Source: Alphaproteobacteria bacterium
GTDB taxonomy: Bacteria; Pseudomonadota; Alphaproteobacteria; GCA-2731375
Length of the DNA: 64,000 bases
Direction of reading: 5' to 3'
Assembly (NCBI GenBank): GCA_965225945.1
Contig: CBDDBZ010000031.1
Location: forward strand, 201,561-265,560
How positions within the stretch are numbered: the stretch's first letter is position 1; every line of letters begins with the position of its first letter. A model generated the notes under the pieces. The model had not been told where the DNA came from. It ran no database searches and saw nothing but the letters and a program-made list of their open reading frames with translations. Below, piece after piece: positions 19,756 through 29,197 of this stretch. Made by a program: the position numbers and the translations under genes.

Positions 19756-20474
19756 CGGCCGTCCTCGATCAGCAAGATGTGGAGGGCGCGCGGTCCGTGC
19801 GCGCCCAGGTGAATGGTGAGTTCGATATCGCCGGTCCGCGAGGGCCCGGTGATCAAATTGACGGTACGCGGCAGCGCCGCCGCCTTGCCGCCCGCCGTCT
19901 CGCCCCCCATCTTCTCGCGCAGGCGATCCCAGACCTCCTCGTGGCTGGCCGCGAGGTCGGAGGTCCGAAGCTGGACGATGTGATGCTCCGGCAAGAAGTT
20001 GAGCGCGCTCGGGCGTCTCGCACCACTCTCCAGCACCACGGTACCGGTCTCCGCCACGCCGGCGAGCGCCGGCGTCAACGCCACCCGATCCTCGTCCCGG
20101 GCGGGGCCGGCGCTCCGCTCCACCAGCGGCGCGCGTTCCCACGGCAGATCCTCGACCTCGGCGAGGGCCGGGAGGCGGATGCGGGGTGGGAGATTGTGGC
20201 TTTGCAAATAATCCGCCACCGCCTCCGGCACCGCCTCGTCGCCGGCGAGCCGGGTGAGGGTGCAGGCCGCCGCCTCGGCGCGGGCGATGAAACGCTCGAT
20301 CAGCTCGGCGCCCTCGGCGATCGCGTCTGCCGGCAGCAGGTTCCGGGGATGGGCGGCGAGACGGCCATCCAGCTCGGCCCGCGCGTCGGGCGAGAGCGGT
20401 CCCCGGCCCAGCGCGCGCCGGATCGCCGAGAGCACCCGCTCGCGGCCGCCGTCCCCGCGCCGGTCCTCGCTCAT
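19752..20474 (-). CDS. lutC: Lactate utilization protein C (LUD domain)
   Basis: GVAETGT and PRTVNLITGPSRTGDIE...GAHGP. Confidence 0.9.
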   Translation of the reverse strand: MSEDRRGDGGRERVLSAIRRALGRGPLSPDARAELDGRLAAHPRNLLPADAIAEGAELIERFIARAEAAACTLTRLAGDEAVPEAVADYLQSHNLPPRIRLPALAEVEDLPWERAPLVERSAGPARDEDRVALTPALAGVAETGTVVLESGARRPSALNFLPEHHIVQLRTSDLAASHEEVWDRLREKMGGETAGGKAAALPRTVNLITGPSRTGDIELTIHLGAHGPRALHILLIEDGR

Positions 20475-21898
20475 CCCTCCCCGCTCCGAATGCCGCCCGC
20501 GTCGGCCCGCCACAGCTCCTGGAAGGTCTTGCCCTCGGGCGCCGGCAGGTCGCGCCCGCCGGTCCAGCCGGTGGCGAACGGCAGGCGCTCGATCCGGCCG
20601 TTTTTCCGCCCCAGCCAGGCCAATAGGCGCACCGCCGCCCGGGCGCCCAGGCCGTAGAGTCCGGGGCGCGTGGCGAACCAGGTCCACAACGCCAGGCCGC
20701 GCCGCTCCACGAGGGAGGTTCGGCCGCTCTCGTGCGCCCGCTCCCGCCAGGCGCGGAGCATCCGGGGGAGGGGAATTTGCATCGGGCAGACGCTTTCGCA
20801 GCGGCCGCAGAAGGTGGAGGCGTAAGGCAGGTCCCGCGTTGTCTCCAGCCCCACCAGCGCCGGCGAAAGCACGGCGCCCATCGGTCCGACATAGACCGTG
20901 CCGTAGGCGTGCCCGCCGATCGAACGGTAGATCGGGCAGTGGTTCAAGCAGGCGCCGCAGCGGATGCAGCGCAGCATGTCCTGAAATTCGGTGCCCAGCA
21001 TGGCGCTCCGCCCGTTGTCGAGCAGGATGACGTGGTATTCCTCGGGCCCGTCGGCGTCGTCAGGCCGCCTGGGTCCGGTGGAAAACGTCGTGTAGGCGGA
21101 GAACGCTTGGCCGGTGGCGGAGCGGGCCAGCAGGCGGAGGAGGGTCGTCGCGTCCTCCAGCGTCGGCACCACCTTCTCGATCGAGGCGACGACGACATGG
21201 GTGCGGGGCAGGATCTGGGTCAGATCGCCGTTGCCCTCGTTGGTGACGATGACCGAGGAGCCGGTCTCCGCCACCAGGAAGTTGGCCCCGGTGATGCCGA
21301 GGTCGGCGTCGAGGAAGCGCTGGCGCAGCACCTCGCGCGCCTCGCCGATGAGCGCCTCGGGCTCGCTCCGCCGGGCGCTCGCGTGATGACGCTCGAAGAG
21401 CTCGGAGATCTGTTCCTTGGTCTTGTGGATCGCGGGCGCGATGATGTGGCTCGGCACTTCGTCGGCCAGTTGCACGATGTATTCGCCGAGGTCGGTCTCC
21501 ACCGGCTGGATGGCGTGGCGCTCCAGGAAGGCGTTCAGGTGCAGCTCCTCGGCGACCATGCTCTTGGCCTTGGTCACCACCCTGGCCTCGCGCGCGCGGC
21601 AGATCTCGAGGATTCGCGCCCGCGCCTCTTCCGCCGTGGCGCACCAATGGACCTGGCCGCCGGCGGCCACGCAGTTCCGCTCGAAGACCTCGAGATAGTG
21701 GTCGAGATGGAGCAGCGTGTGGTCCTTGATCTCGCGTGCGCGCTCGCTGAGCGCCTCGAACTCGGGCAGTGCCGCCACCGCCTCGGCCCGCTTCGGCACC
21801 AGGCCGGCGCTCATCCGCCGAAGCGCCGAGGCCAGCTCCCGGTCAGCGAGCGCTTGGTGGGCGTTGGCCTTGAAGGCGCGCGGGTCGAGATGCGGCAT
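20471..21898 (-). CDS. lutB: Lactate utilization protein B (4Fe-4S)
   Basis: ETDLGEYI, PSHIIAPAIH, TNEGNGDL and CIRCGACLNHCP. Confidence 0.95.
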   Translation of the reverse strand: MPHLDPRAFKANAHQALADRELASALRRMSAGLVPKRAEAVAALPEFEALSERAREIKDHTLLHLDHYLEVFERNCVAAGGQVHWCATAEEARARILEICRAREARVVTKAKSMVAEELHLNAFLERHAIQPVETDLGEYIVQLADEVPSHIIAPAIHKTKEQISELFERHHASARRSEPEALIGEAREVLRQRFLDADLGITGANFLVAETGSSVIVTNEGNGDLTQILPRTHVVVASIEKVVPTLEDATTLLRLLARSATGQAFSAYTTFSTGPRRPDDADGPEEYHVILLDNGRSAMLGTEFQDMLRCIRCGACLNHCPIYRSIGGHAYGTVYVGPMGAVLSPALVGLETTRDLPYASTFCGRCESVCPMQIPLPRMLRAWRERAHESGRTSLVERRGLALWTWFATRPGLYGLGARAAVRLLAWLGRKNGRIERLPFATGWTGGRDLPAPEGKTFQELWRADAGGIRSGEG

Positions 21899-21901
21899 CG
21901 C

Positions 21902-22672
21902 CTAGGCGTCCCCCTCGCCCGCGATCGGCGCCACCTCGGCCGTGATTCCCGCCAACACCTCGGCGACGTGACGCACCTCGATTCGCTCGCCGCGTCGCTT
22001 GAGCCGTCCCGCCAGGTTCATCAGGCAGCCGAGATCGCCGGCCAGCAGCACATCGGCGCCGGTTTCGACCACCTCGTCGATCTTGCGGTCGGTGATATCG
22101 AGCGAAATGTCGGCATACTTGACGCAAAAGGTGCCGCCGAAGCCACAGCATTCCTCCGCCGCCCCCAGCTCGCGAAGCTCCAAGCCCTCGATACCCGCGA
22201 GCAGCGCGCGGGGCTGTCGTTCGACCTCCAGCTCGCGCAAGCCCGCGCAGGCATCGTGATAGGTGACGGTTGCGGGAAACCGGCCCTCGCCCCGGGCCAC
22301 GCCCCGGGCGTCGACCAGGAAGGCGGTGAGCTCAAAGCTCCGTCGGGCTAGGCGCTCGGCGCGGGTGGCCCAGCGCGGCTCGTCGCGGAACAGCGCCGGA
22401 TAGTGCCGTGCCAGCATGCCGGCGCACGATCCGGAGGGCACGACGACATGGTCGAAGCCCTCGAAGCGCTCGATCACGCCCCGGGCGATTCGCTTGGCCT
22501 CGGTCCGGGCGCCCGCGTTGTAGGCCGGCTGGCCGCAACAGGTCTGTGCCGGCACATGCACCCGGCAGCCGGCCCGGCGCAGCAGCACGACAGCGGCGCG
22601 CGCGACGCTCGGGCGAAACAGGTCGGCGAGGCAGGTCACCAGCAGTCCGACGTTGGGGGTATCGTGGGCCAT
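21902..22672 (-). CDS. lutA: Lactate utilization protein A (CCG domains)
   Basis: TCLAD, QTCCGQPAYN, SGSC, YHDAC and CCGFGGTF. Confidence 0.93.
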   Translation of the reverse strand: MAHDTPNVGLLVTCLADLFRPSVARAAVVLLRRAGCRVHVPAQTCCGQPAYNAGARTEAKRIARGVIERFEGFDHVVVPSGSCAGMLARHYPALFRDEPRWATRAERLARRSFELTAFLVDARGVARGEGRFPATVTYHDACAGLRELEVERQPRALLAGIEGLELRELGAAEECCGFGGTFCVKYADISLDITDRKIDEVVETGADVLLAGDLGCLMNLAGRLKRRGERIEVRHVAEVLAGITAEVAPIAGEGDA

Positions 22673-22815
22673 GGCGCGACGGTTCCCTCGGACGATGCGT
22701 GGGCGGGTCCGGCGACGGCGGACTATATAGCATGAACCGCCCGCGCCCAATCGCACCGCCACCCGCTCGACCGCTTATCCCCGGGAGGAGGACTCTTTCT
22801 AGGATTACCTTTTCG

Positions 22816-22845
22816 GTGACAAACTGTACGGAAAGTCGTACGGTT
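22816..22845 (+). promoter_or_regulatory. Putative sigma70 promoter of higBA with an overlapping operator
   Basis: GTGACA (22816) - 17 nt - TACGGT (22839), overlapped by the inverted repeat aactgtacg-N6-cgtacggtt (one mismatch). Confidence 0.6.
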
Positions 22846-22851
22846 CAGGGA

Positions 22852-23136
22852 ATGGATATTTTCTCGATCCGGCATAGGGGCTTGCGACAGTTCTTCGAAC
22901 GCGACCGGAGCCAAGGCCTGCCGCCGCAACGCGTAGAGAAAATCCGCAGGATACTCGCCGCCATTGACGACGCGGAGGATCTGAACGAGCTGGAGACTTT
23001 GCCAGGTTGGCGGCTGCACAAGCTCCGTGGCGATCGCAGGGGAACTTGGTCCATTAGTGTGACAGGTAATTGGCGAATAACGTTCCGAGTCGACGAAAAT
23101 GGAATCCACGACCTGGATTTGGAGGACTACCACTGA
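22852..23136 (+). CDS. higB: HigB (RelE-family) toxin
   Basis: IRHRGLRQFFE...PGWRLHKLRGDRRGTWSISVTGNWRITF...DLEDYH. Confidence 0.93.
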   Translation: MDIFSIRHRGLRQFFERDRSQGLPPQRVEKIRRILAAIDDAEDLNELETLPGWRLHKLRGDRRGTWSISVTGNWRITFRVDENGIHDLDLEDYH

Positions 23137-23447
23137 TGAGTTTGAAACCGATCAAAAAGGGCATGATGCCCGCGCCGCCGGGCGAGTTCATCCGCGAGGA
23201 AATTCTGCTGCCTTTAGGCCTGAGCATTTCCAAGGCGGCAAGGGTCATGAAGATGCGCCGTGCCACGCTATCGGAGATCGTGAACGACAAGTCACGGCTC
23301 ACTCCCGATGTCGCGCTACGCCTGGAAAGGGCCTTTGGCGTGTCCATGGAGCTGCTCTTGCGCATGCAAGGCTCATATGAGATTGCCCAAACGCGCCAGA
23401 GGGCGGGGGAAATCGACGTGGAACGGTACAAACCTGAAATGGGATGA
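23136..23447 (+). CDS. higA: HigA antitoxin
   Basis: PPGEFIREEIL...LSEIVN...TPDVALRLERAFG; TGATG coupling to higB. Confidence 0.93.
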   Translation: MSLKPIKKGMMPAPPGEFIREEILLPLGLSISKAARVMKMRRATLSEIVNDKSRLTPDVALRLERAFGVSMELLLRMQGSYEIAQTRQRAGEIDVERYKPEMG

Positions 23448-24845
23448 TTTGCTGTATGGAAGGCGCTTTAAAATGCGAGGGTCTGTCACTCAATTCGATG
23501 TCTCTGGCTAGGGGTGCACTCCAGTCACCGTTGTAATTGGTTACCGTAATTCGAGCATATTTTCGATGTATCGGAACAGTTCGTCAAACAAGTCGAGTTT
23601 GCCATTTTTTAGGAAATCAACAACATCAGTTCGAACTTGCTCTCTTGGTAGATGAACCACGCTACCAAGTTCGAAAAACTCGCTGTGATTTTTTGCTAGT
23701 AACGCGCTTTCTATAGCGCTCTCCAGCTTAGCGTTTCCGTCGATACCCCAACGCGTTAGAAGATAGGATTTATCATCCTTCTCCATCGCAGATTCAAGTC
23801 AAGAAGGAACTTTTCGGGCCATGTATCGCCTGGCAAATAACTCACACGCTTCTTCGCCTAACCTTCGAATTCGCCTTCATCGTTTCGGTACTTAGTCTCC
23901 ACGCCAATTTTTAGGCGACTGATTGACTGGGCATGATTTTTTCGCTGATCTCCGTCTCGTCTAATATAATTATACTATCATCTTGAATTTCCAAGTATTT
24001 TGAAGATAGAAGACGTAATGCCGCCTCGACAGAACCGATCGGATGAATATTAATCCGCTCTCGGATCGCCATGGCAAGGATCGAACGCAAAATTGCTTCA
24101 GCGACATCATCCTCTACATAAACGTCGAGCTCATTCGATCCTGCGCCACCAAGTTTACCGCATGCCAGCTCAGATGAAATCCCTCTGATGATTAACGTGC
24201 CTCCTCCGGTACCTTCAATGAAGAAACGGCCCTCGGGAGGTAGGGTATCAAGTATCACGTGAGAGTGCGTCGAACAAATAATTTAACAATGCCTTTTTTG
24301 CACAATTTCTTGAGTTCTTCAATAAGTCTTCGTTGAGCTTTTTCGTGTAATCCAAGCTCGATTTCATCAACAACCAATAGAGCACCTTCACCAGATTCAA
24401 ATACGGCGGTCAGAATTTCAAAAACAGAGCTTTCTCCACCTCCCATATTAAAACCAGAATATCTCATTTTCTTCGATGATACAATCGGCAGGGAATATTT
24501 TGAGTGTTGATGAAGCTCGAATCCACTGTAACTCCTTCCAAGTATTTTGCCCGCAATTGTCCCAATTTCCTTTCAAGCCTTATCATCTAGGTTAGTGGCT
24601 TGAAAACGAGCGCGATATGATTTGTGTGCACTTCTTTCAAAATGAGGAACGACACGCTGTGAGCCTAGATATGCTACATTCCGTCGCACCCTCGTGTGGT
24701 AGTTATTCCATTTTTCTCCGACATTTTTCCATCTGCTTTGCCGCCCCGGTCCGGGGTCGAGTCGATGCCAATTGTCGTGGCAAAATTTGTAATAAATGTG
24801 AATGCCGTCGGACGGAGATTCTTCTTTTGTTTGGATAAAAAAATC

Positions 24846-26440
24846 GTAACTGCCCAGGTACATGGTGGCCTTTTAGGCGGCGTGGAGACGCTCGATCAGG
24901 GTTTCGGGATTTTCCATGAGCGCCTGGATGATGTTCCAGCCCTGTTTTCTGGCGGTCGAGATGAAGCCGCGGACGGTGGCAAAGTCTTCGGCGCCTTTCT
25001 GGCTGCGGAAGCCGCCGGAGATTTTCTGCTTGACCTTCATCATGCGCCCGTCCTGCTCGGCCTGATTGTTGGTGAACGGCACGGCGAAATTGATGAGGAA
25101 GCGCAGCGCGTCTTCCTTGTGTGTCTGAAGGCGCCGGAGAAGGTTGTGCCCGGTGCGGCGCGGCTTGCTTCCCCGGCGCTTGGCCTTGCTCGATCTGGGC
25201 GCAAGAGGAGGTTGTGCCTCGTGAAAGGCGATGCCCTCGGCCGTGATCGCGTCGTAACACCCTCGGAAGCGCTCGACGAGGCCTGGTTTCAGCGCCACGC
25301 CCCGCTCCCGGGCGAGATTTACCGCGTGGCAGGCGCGGCGCAATAGTCTCTGCATCTTGCGTGCCCAGCCCTCCTTCTCGATCTCGATCAGGGCTTGCAA
25401 CTCGCGCAGGTGATGGGCGTTGCACAGCGCGTGCCGTACGCCCTCCATCGTAAAGTACGGCTTCCAGTGGTCATGGACGACGATGCCGCCGACTCCGCCG
25501 AGCAGGCTGCCGCGTCGCTCCGAGACCCGATAGAAGGTCAACCGCGCGGTCGAGGCGACGTGCAACCATTGGGTCCGCCCGGCGATCCGCAAGCCGGTCT
25601 CGTCCATGTGCTTGACCGGCGCCGATTTCACCAGTTCGCGGATCACATCGACGACGCCTTGGACGGACTCGGCGCTGTTCCCGCCCCTCCGCGCGAGGCT
25701 CGCCGGAGACAGTTCCGCCCCGAACAGATCCTTCATCAATTCAGCCAGGCGGTCCTCGGGCAGGAGTTGGTAGTGCGACAGGTAGACCACCATGGCTCCG
25801 ATCCGAGCGCCGTATTGAACCGGGCCGGTGATGGCGACGGGAAAAGAAGCCCGAGTGTACGTGCCGCAATGCCCGCAACGGCAGCGATGCGCCCGATGCT
25901 CCGTGACCACCAGGGGCCGGGGCTCGGGTAGATCGAAAACCTGGCGGGCCCCATGGCCGGTAGCCATATCCGGCGTCAATCCCGAACCACACCACTGGCA
26001 CGTCTCGGGATAATGGTCGACGGTGGCGTCGGGATCGGCGACTTGGCGCAGGGTCTCGCCCTTGTGGCCCTTTTGCCCGCCCGGCTTGCGGGCCGATTTC
26101 TTACGGAGGCTCCTGGTGCGCTTCTTTTTACCCGCCGGTGGCTTGTTCAATCCATCGCTCGACGGTGGCTTGCCGCTGTTCGTGCTGTTCAGGCCAAGCC
26201 GGCGCTCGAGTTCACCAAGCCGGAGTTCGAACTCGGCGAGCCGCGACCCTTGGGCCAGCACCACATCGATCAGCTCGTCTTTCGACAAAAAGGCAAGAAC
26301 ATCCCTATCCATCGAATCCTTAGAATCGACCAACCACCCCTGTCAAACGAAATCTAGGCCGTCAGCGCCCCAAACCCACAAAATCTGCCCCCAGAGACCC
26401 AATCCGCAGCCTCATCGAAATCAGCTGCCTGGGCAGTTAC
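24846..26440 (-). mobile_element. IS66-family element, single ORF (ISBst12-like, no TnpA/TnpB)
   Basis: Terminal IRs gtaactgcccagg / cctgggcagttac; 8-bp target duplication aaaaaatc at 24838-24845 and 26441-26448. Confidence 0.93.
24873..26333 (-). CDS. tnpC: IS66 transposase TnpC
   Basis: NSGKPPSSD, PGGQKGHKG, HMDETG, CNAHHLREL and TNNQAEQDGRMMKVKQKISGGFRS. Confidence 0.95.
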   Translation of the reverse strand: MVDSKDSMDRDVLAFLSKDELIDVVLAQGSRLAEFELRLGELERRLGLNSTNSGKPPSSDGLNKPPAGKKKRTRSLRKKSARKPGGQKGHKGETLRQVADPDATVDHYPETCQWCGSGLTPDMATGHGARQVFDLPEPRPLVVTEHRAHRCRCGHCGTYTRASFPVAITGPVQYGARIGAMVVYLSHYQLLPEDRLAELMKDLFGAELSPASLARRGGNSAESVQGVVDVIRELVKSAPVKHMDETGLRIAGRTQWLHVASTARLTFYRVSERRGSLLGGVGGIVVHDHWKPYFTMEGVRHALCNAHHLRELQALIEIEKEGWARKMQRLLRRACHAVNLARERGVALKPGLVERFRGCYDAITAEGIAFHEAQPPLAPRSSKAKRRGSKPRRTGHNLLRRLQTHKEDALRFLINFAVPFTNNQAEQDGRMMKVKQKISGGFRSQKGAEDFATVRGFISTARKQGWNIIQALMENPETLIERLHAA

Positions 26441-26448
26441 AAAAAATC

Positions 26449-27671
26449 CATGGTACACGACGGCATTTACGTAGGACGTTGAAAAGGTTGTAGGATTCCC
26501 GATTCACTCCACGACGAGTCAAGAGGGAAATCATGCGAGACAACCCGATCAACGCCCTGCGTGAGACGCTACGATGCGGCTTCGCCTTTCGCAAGAGCCG
26601 TCTGGAGAGCCTTTGCGTCTTGGTCTTCGGCGTGTTCGTCGCCCGGACGGTGAACCTCTCTCACTTGGCCTGCCACTTTCCGGGGCGCGCGCGATCCAGC
26701 TCCAACTATCGGCGCCTGCAACGGTTTTTCGAGCAAGTCGATTTCGATTACGATCGCCTCGCCGAGTTCCTGGTCGCGATGATGGGGCTCCAGGCGGGGC
26801 CGTGGCGGCTGACCATGGACCGGACCAACTGGCGGCTGGGTCGCCGCGACGTCAACATCTTGATGATCGGCATCGTCAACCGCGCCATCGCCATTCCCGT
26901 GTGCTGGCGGGTGCTCGACAAGGCGGGCAATTCCAATACCAAGGAGCGGATCGCGATCCTCGAACACGTCCTCCGGCTCTTCGGGGTCGACAAGATCGCC
27001 AGCCTCCTGGCCGACCGGGAATTCATCGGCGACGCCTGGCTGGCATGGTTGCAGGAAAAGGCCATCCCCTTTCACATCCGCATCCGATCCAACATCAAGA
27101 TCGCCAACACGCGTGGTCGCATGGTCAAGGCGAGGGAGCTGTTTCGCGACCTCAAACCCGGGGAAAGCCGCATCCTCTCCAACGCCAGGCGCCTCTCGGA
27201 GGCCAGAAAACCCAAGGCCAGGCCCGTCTTCGTCGCCGCGCTCCATCTCAAGACCGGCGAACTGTTGATCGTCGTGACCAACGACGCGCCCGAGGAGGCC
27301 TTGGCCATCTACGCCCAGCGCTGGCAAATCGAGACCCTCTTCGCCGCCTTGAAAACCCGTGGCTTCAACCTCGAAGACACCCACATGACCGACCCGGAGC
27401 GCATCTCCAAGCTCACCGCCGTCCTTTCCATCACCTTCTGCTGGGCGCACAAAGTCGGCGATTGGCTCCACGAGGCCGAGCCGATCCGCCTCAAAACCCA
27501 CAAAAGGATGGCAAAATCCATCTTCCGATACGGTTTCGAGTGGATAAGGCGACAGCTCGTCAATCCTATCGACAGGCGTCAAGCCATTGAGCTGATTCGT
27601 TTCCTCGTCCCCGGAAAACCACCAGTCCAGGTGCCCAGGCCAAAGCCAGCATGAACGAGTCGTGTACTGTG
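26449..27671 (+). mobile_element. IS4-family element (ISAba1/IS10-group-like), copy A, 1223 bp
   Basis: Ends catggtacacgac / gtcgtgtactgtg; 9-bp target duplication caaaaaatc at 26440-26448 and 27672-27680. Confidence 0.92.
26533..27654 (+). CDS. IS4-family transposase
   Basis: MDRTNW, LLADREFIG and the YREK-type motif YAQRWQIETLFAALK. Confidence 0.93.
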   Translation: MRDNPINALRETLRCGFAFRKSRLESLCVLVFGVFVARTVNLSHLACHFPGRARSSSNYRRLQRFFEQVDFDYDRLAEFLVAMMGLQAGPWRLTMDRTNWRLGRRDVNILMIGIVNRAIAIPVCWRVLDKAGNSNTKERIAILEHVLRLFGVDKIASLLADREFIGDAWLAWLQEKAIPFHIRIRSNIKIANTRGRMVKARELFRDLKPGESRILSNARRLSEARKPKARPVFVAALHLKTGELLIVVTNDAPEEALAIYAQRWQIETLFAALKTRGFNLEDTHMTDPERISKLTAVLSITFCWAHKVGDWLHEAEPIRLKTHKRMAKSIFRYGFEWIRRQLVNPIDRRQAIELIRFLVPGKPPVQVPRPKPA

Positions 27672-27746
27672 CAAAAAATCACTAAATGTGTAGTAAGGTA
27701 TTTTCCTCCCGGCGTGGCAATAACCATCGTAATTATTATGAAAAGC

Positions 27747-28969
27747 CATGGTACACGACGGCATTTACGTAGGACGTTGAAAAGGTTGTAGGATTCCCGA
27801 TTCACTCCACGACGAGTCAAGAGGGAAATCATGCGAGACAACCCGATCAACGCCCTGCGTGAGACGCTACGATGCGGCTTCGCCTTTCGCAAGAGCCGTC
27901 TGGAGAGCCTTTGCGTCTTGGTCTTCGGCGTGTTCGTCGCCCGGACGGTGAACCTCTCTCACTTGGCCTGCCACTTTCCGGGGCGCGCGCGATCCAGCTC
28001 CAACTATCGGCGCCTGCAACGGTTTTTCGAGCAAGTCGATTTCGATTACGATCGCCTCGCCGAGTTCCTGGTCGCGATGATGGGGCTCCAGGCGGGGCCG
28101 TGGCGGCTGACCATGGACCGGACCAACTGGCGGCTGGGTCGCCGCGACGTCAACATCTTGATGATCGGCATCGTCAACCGCGCCATCGCCATTCCCGTGT
28201 GCTGGCGGGTGCTCGACAAGGCGGGCAATTCCAATACCAAGGAGCGGATCGCGATCCTCGAACACGTCCTCCGGCTCTTCGGGGTCGACAAGATCGCCAG
28301 CCTCCTGGCCGACCGGGAATTCATCGGCGACGCCTGGCTGGCATGGTTGCAGGAAAAGGCCATCCCCTTTCACATCCGCATCCGATCCAACATCAAGATC
28401 GCCAACACGCGTGGTCGCATGGTCAAGGCGAGGGAGCTGTTTCGCGACCTCAAACCCGGGGAAAGCCGCATCCTCTCCAACGCCAGGCGCCTCTCGGAGG
28501 CCAGAAAACCCAAGGCCAGGCCCGTCTTCGTCGCCGCGCTCCATCTCAAGACCGGCGAACTGTTGATCGTCGTGACCAACGACGCGCCCGAGGAGGCCTT
28601 GGCCATCTACGCCCAGCGCTGGCAAATCGAGACCCTCTTCGCCGCCTTGAAAACCCGTGGCTTCAACCTCGAAGACACCCACATGACCGACCCGGAGCGC
28701 ATCTCCAAGCTCACCGCCGTCCTTTCCATCACCTTCTGCTGGGCGCACAAAGTCGGCGATTGGCTCCACGAGGCCGAGCCGATCCGCCTCAAAACCCACA
28801 AAAGGATGGCAAAATCCATCTTCCGATACGGTTTCGAGTGGATAAGGCGACAGCTCGTCAATCCTATCGACAGGCGTCAAGCCATTGAGCTGATTCGTTT
28901 CCTCGTCCCCGGAAAACCACCAGTCCAGGTGCCCAGGCCAAAGCCAGCATGAACGAGTCGTGTACTGTG
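27747..28969 (+). mobile_element. IS4-family element, copy B (apparently identical to copy A)
   Basis: Same ends as copy A, with its own 9-bp target duplication atgaaaagc at 27738-27746 and 28970-28978. Confidence 0.92.
27831..28952 (+). CDS. IS4-family transposase
   Basis: Protein identical to 26533-27654. Confidence 0.93.
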   Translation: MRDNPINALRETLRCGFAFRKSRLESLCVLVFGVFVARTVNLSHLACHFPGRARSSSNYRRLQRFFEQVDFDYDRLAEFLVAMMGLQAGPWRLTMDRTNWRLGRRDVNILMIGIVNRAIAIPVCWRVLDKAGNSNTKERIAILEHVLRLFGVDKIASLLADREFIGDAWLAWLQEKAIPFHIRIRSNIKIANTRGRMVKARELFRDLKPGESRILSNARRLSEARKPKARPVFVAALHLKTGELLIVVTNDAPEEALAIYAQRWQIETLFAALKTRGFNLEDTHMTDPERISKLTAVLSITFCWAHKVGDWLHEAEPIRLKTHKRMAKSIFRYGFEWIRRQLVNPIDRRQAIELIRFLVPGKPPVQVPRPKPA

Positions 28970-29197
28970 ATGAAAAGCACAAGAGGTCATAGCTAGCAAC
29001 GTAGATTTTCCAGAACCATTTTCACCCGAGAAAGCAGAAATAGGGTAGTCAAACTCGACAGTAAAGAGGCCTAATCCTCGAAGCTTACCCGATCGGAGTT
29101 CTATTGTGCTAAGCGTTGCGCGACTGTTGTCGCGAGTCATCCAGCTAATATTGCTCTTATCCAGATTTGAATAATTGTAAGCCATCAGCATACTCTG

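Larger units (their letters stand above)
23541..29191 (-). pseudogene. AT-rich ABC/AAA ATPase-TOPRIM (OLD-like) gene, split by three IS copies plus stops and frameshifts
   Basis: Fragments give Walker A GENGSGKST (~29000), signature-like GFNMGGGE, Walker B LLVVDEIELGLH, H-loop STHS, TOPRIM YVED and a DGD disrupted by a 5-bp agacg duplication. Removing the IS copies restores CAFHNNYDGYCHAGRKIPYYTFSDFFIQTKEE. Confidence 0.85.

Noticed and set aside
26449-28969. IS4 pair as an assembly duplication
   Set aside because: Each copy has its own target duplication and the spacer is in-frame ATPase sequence.
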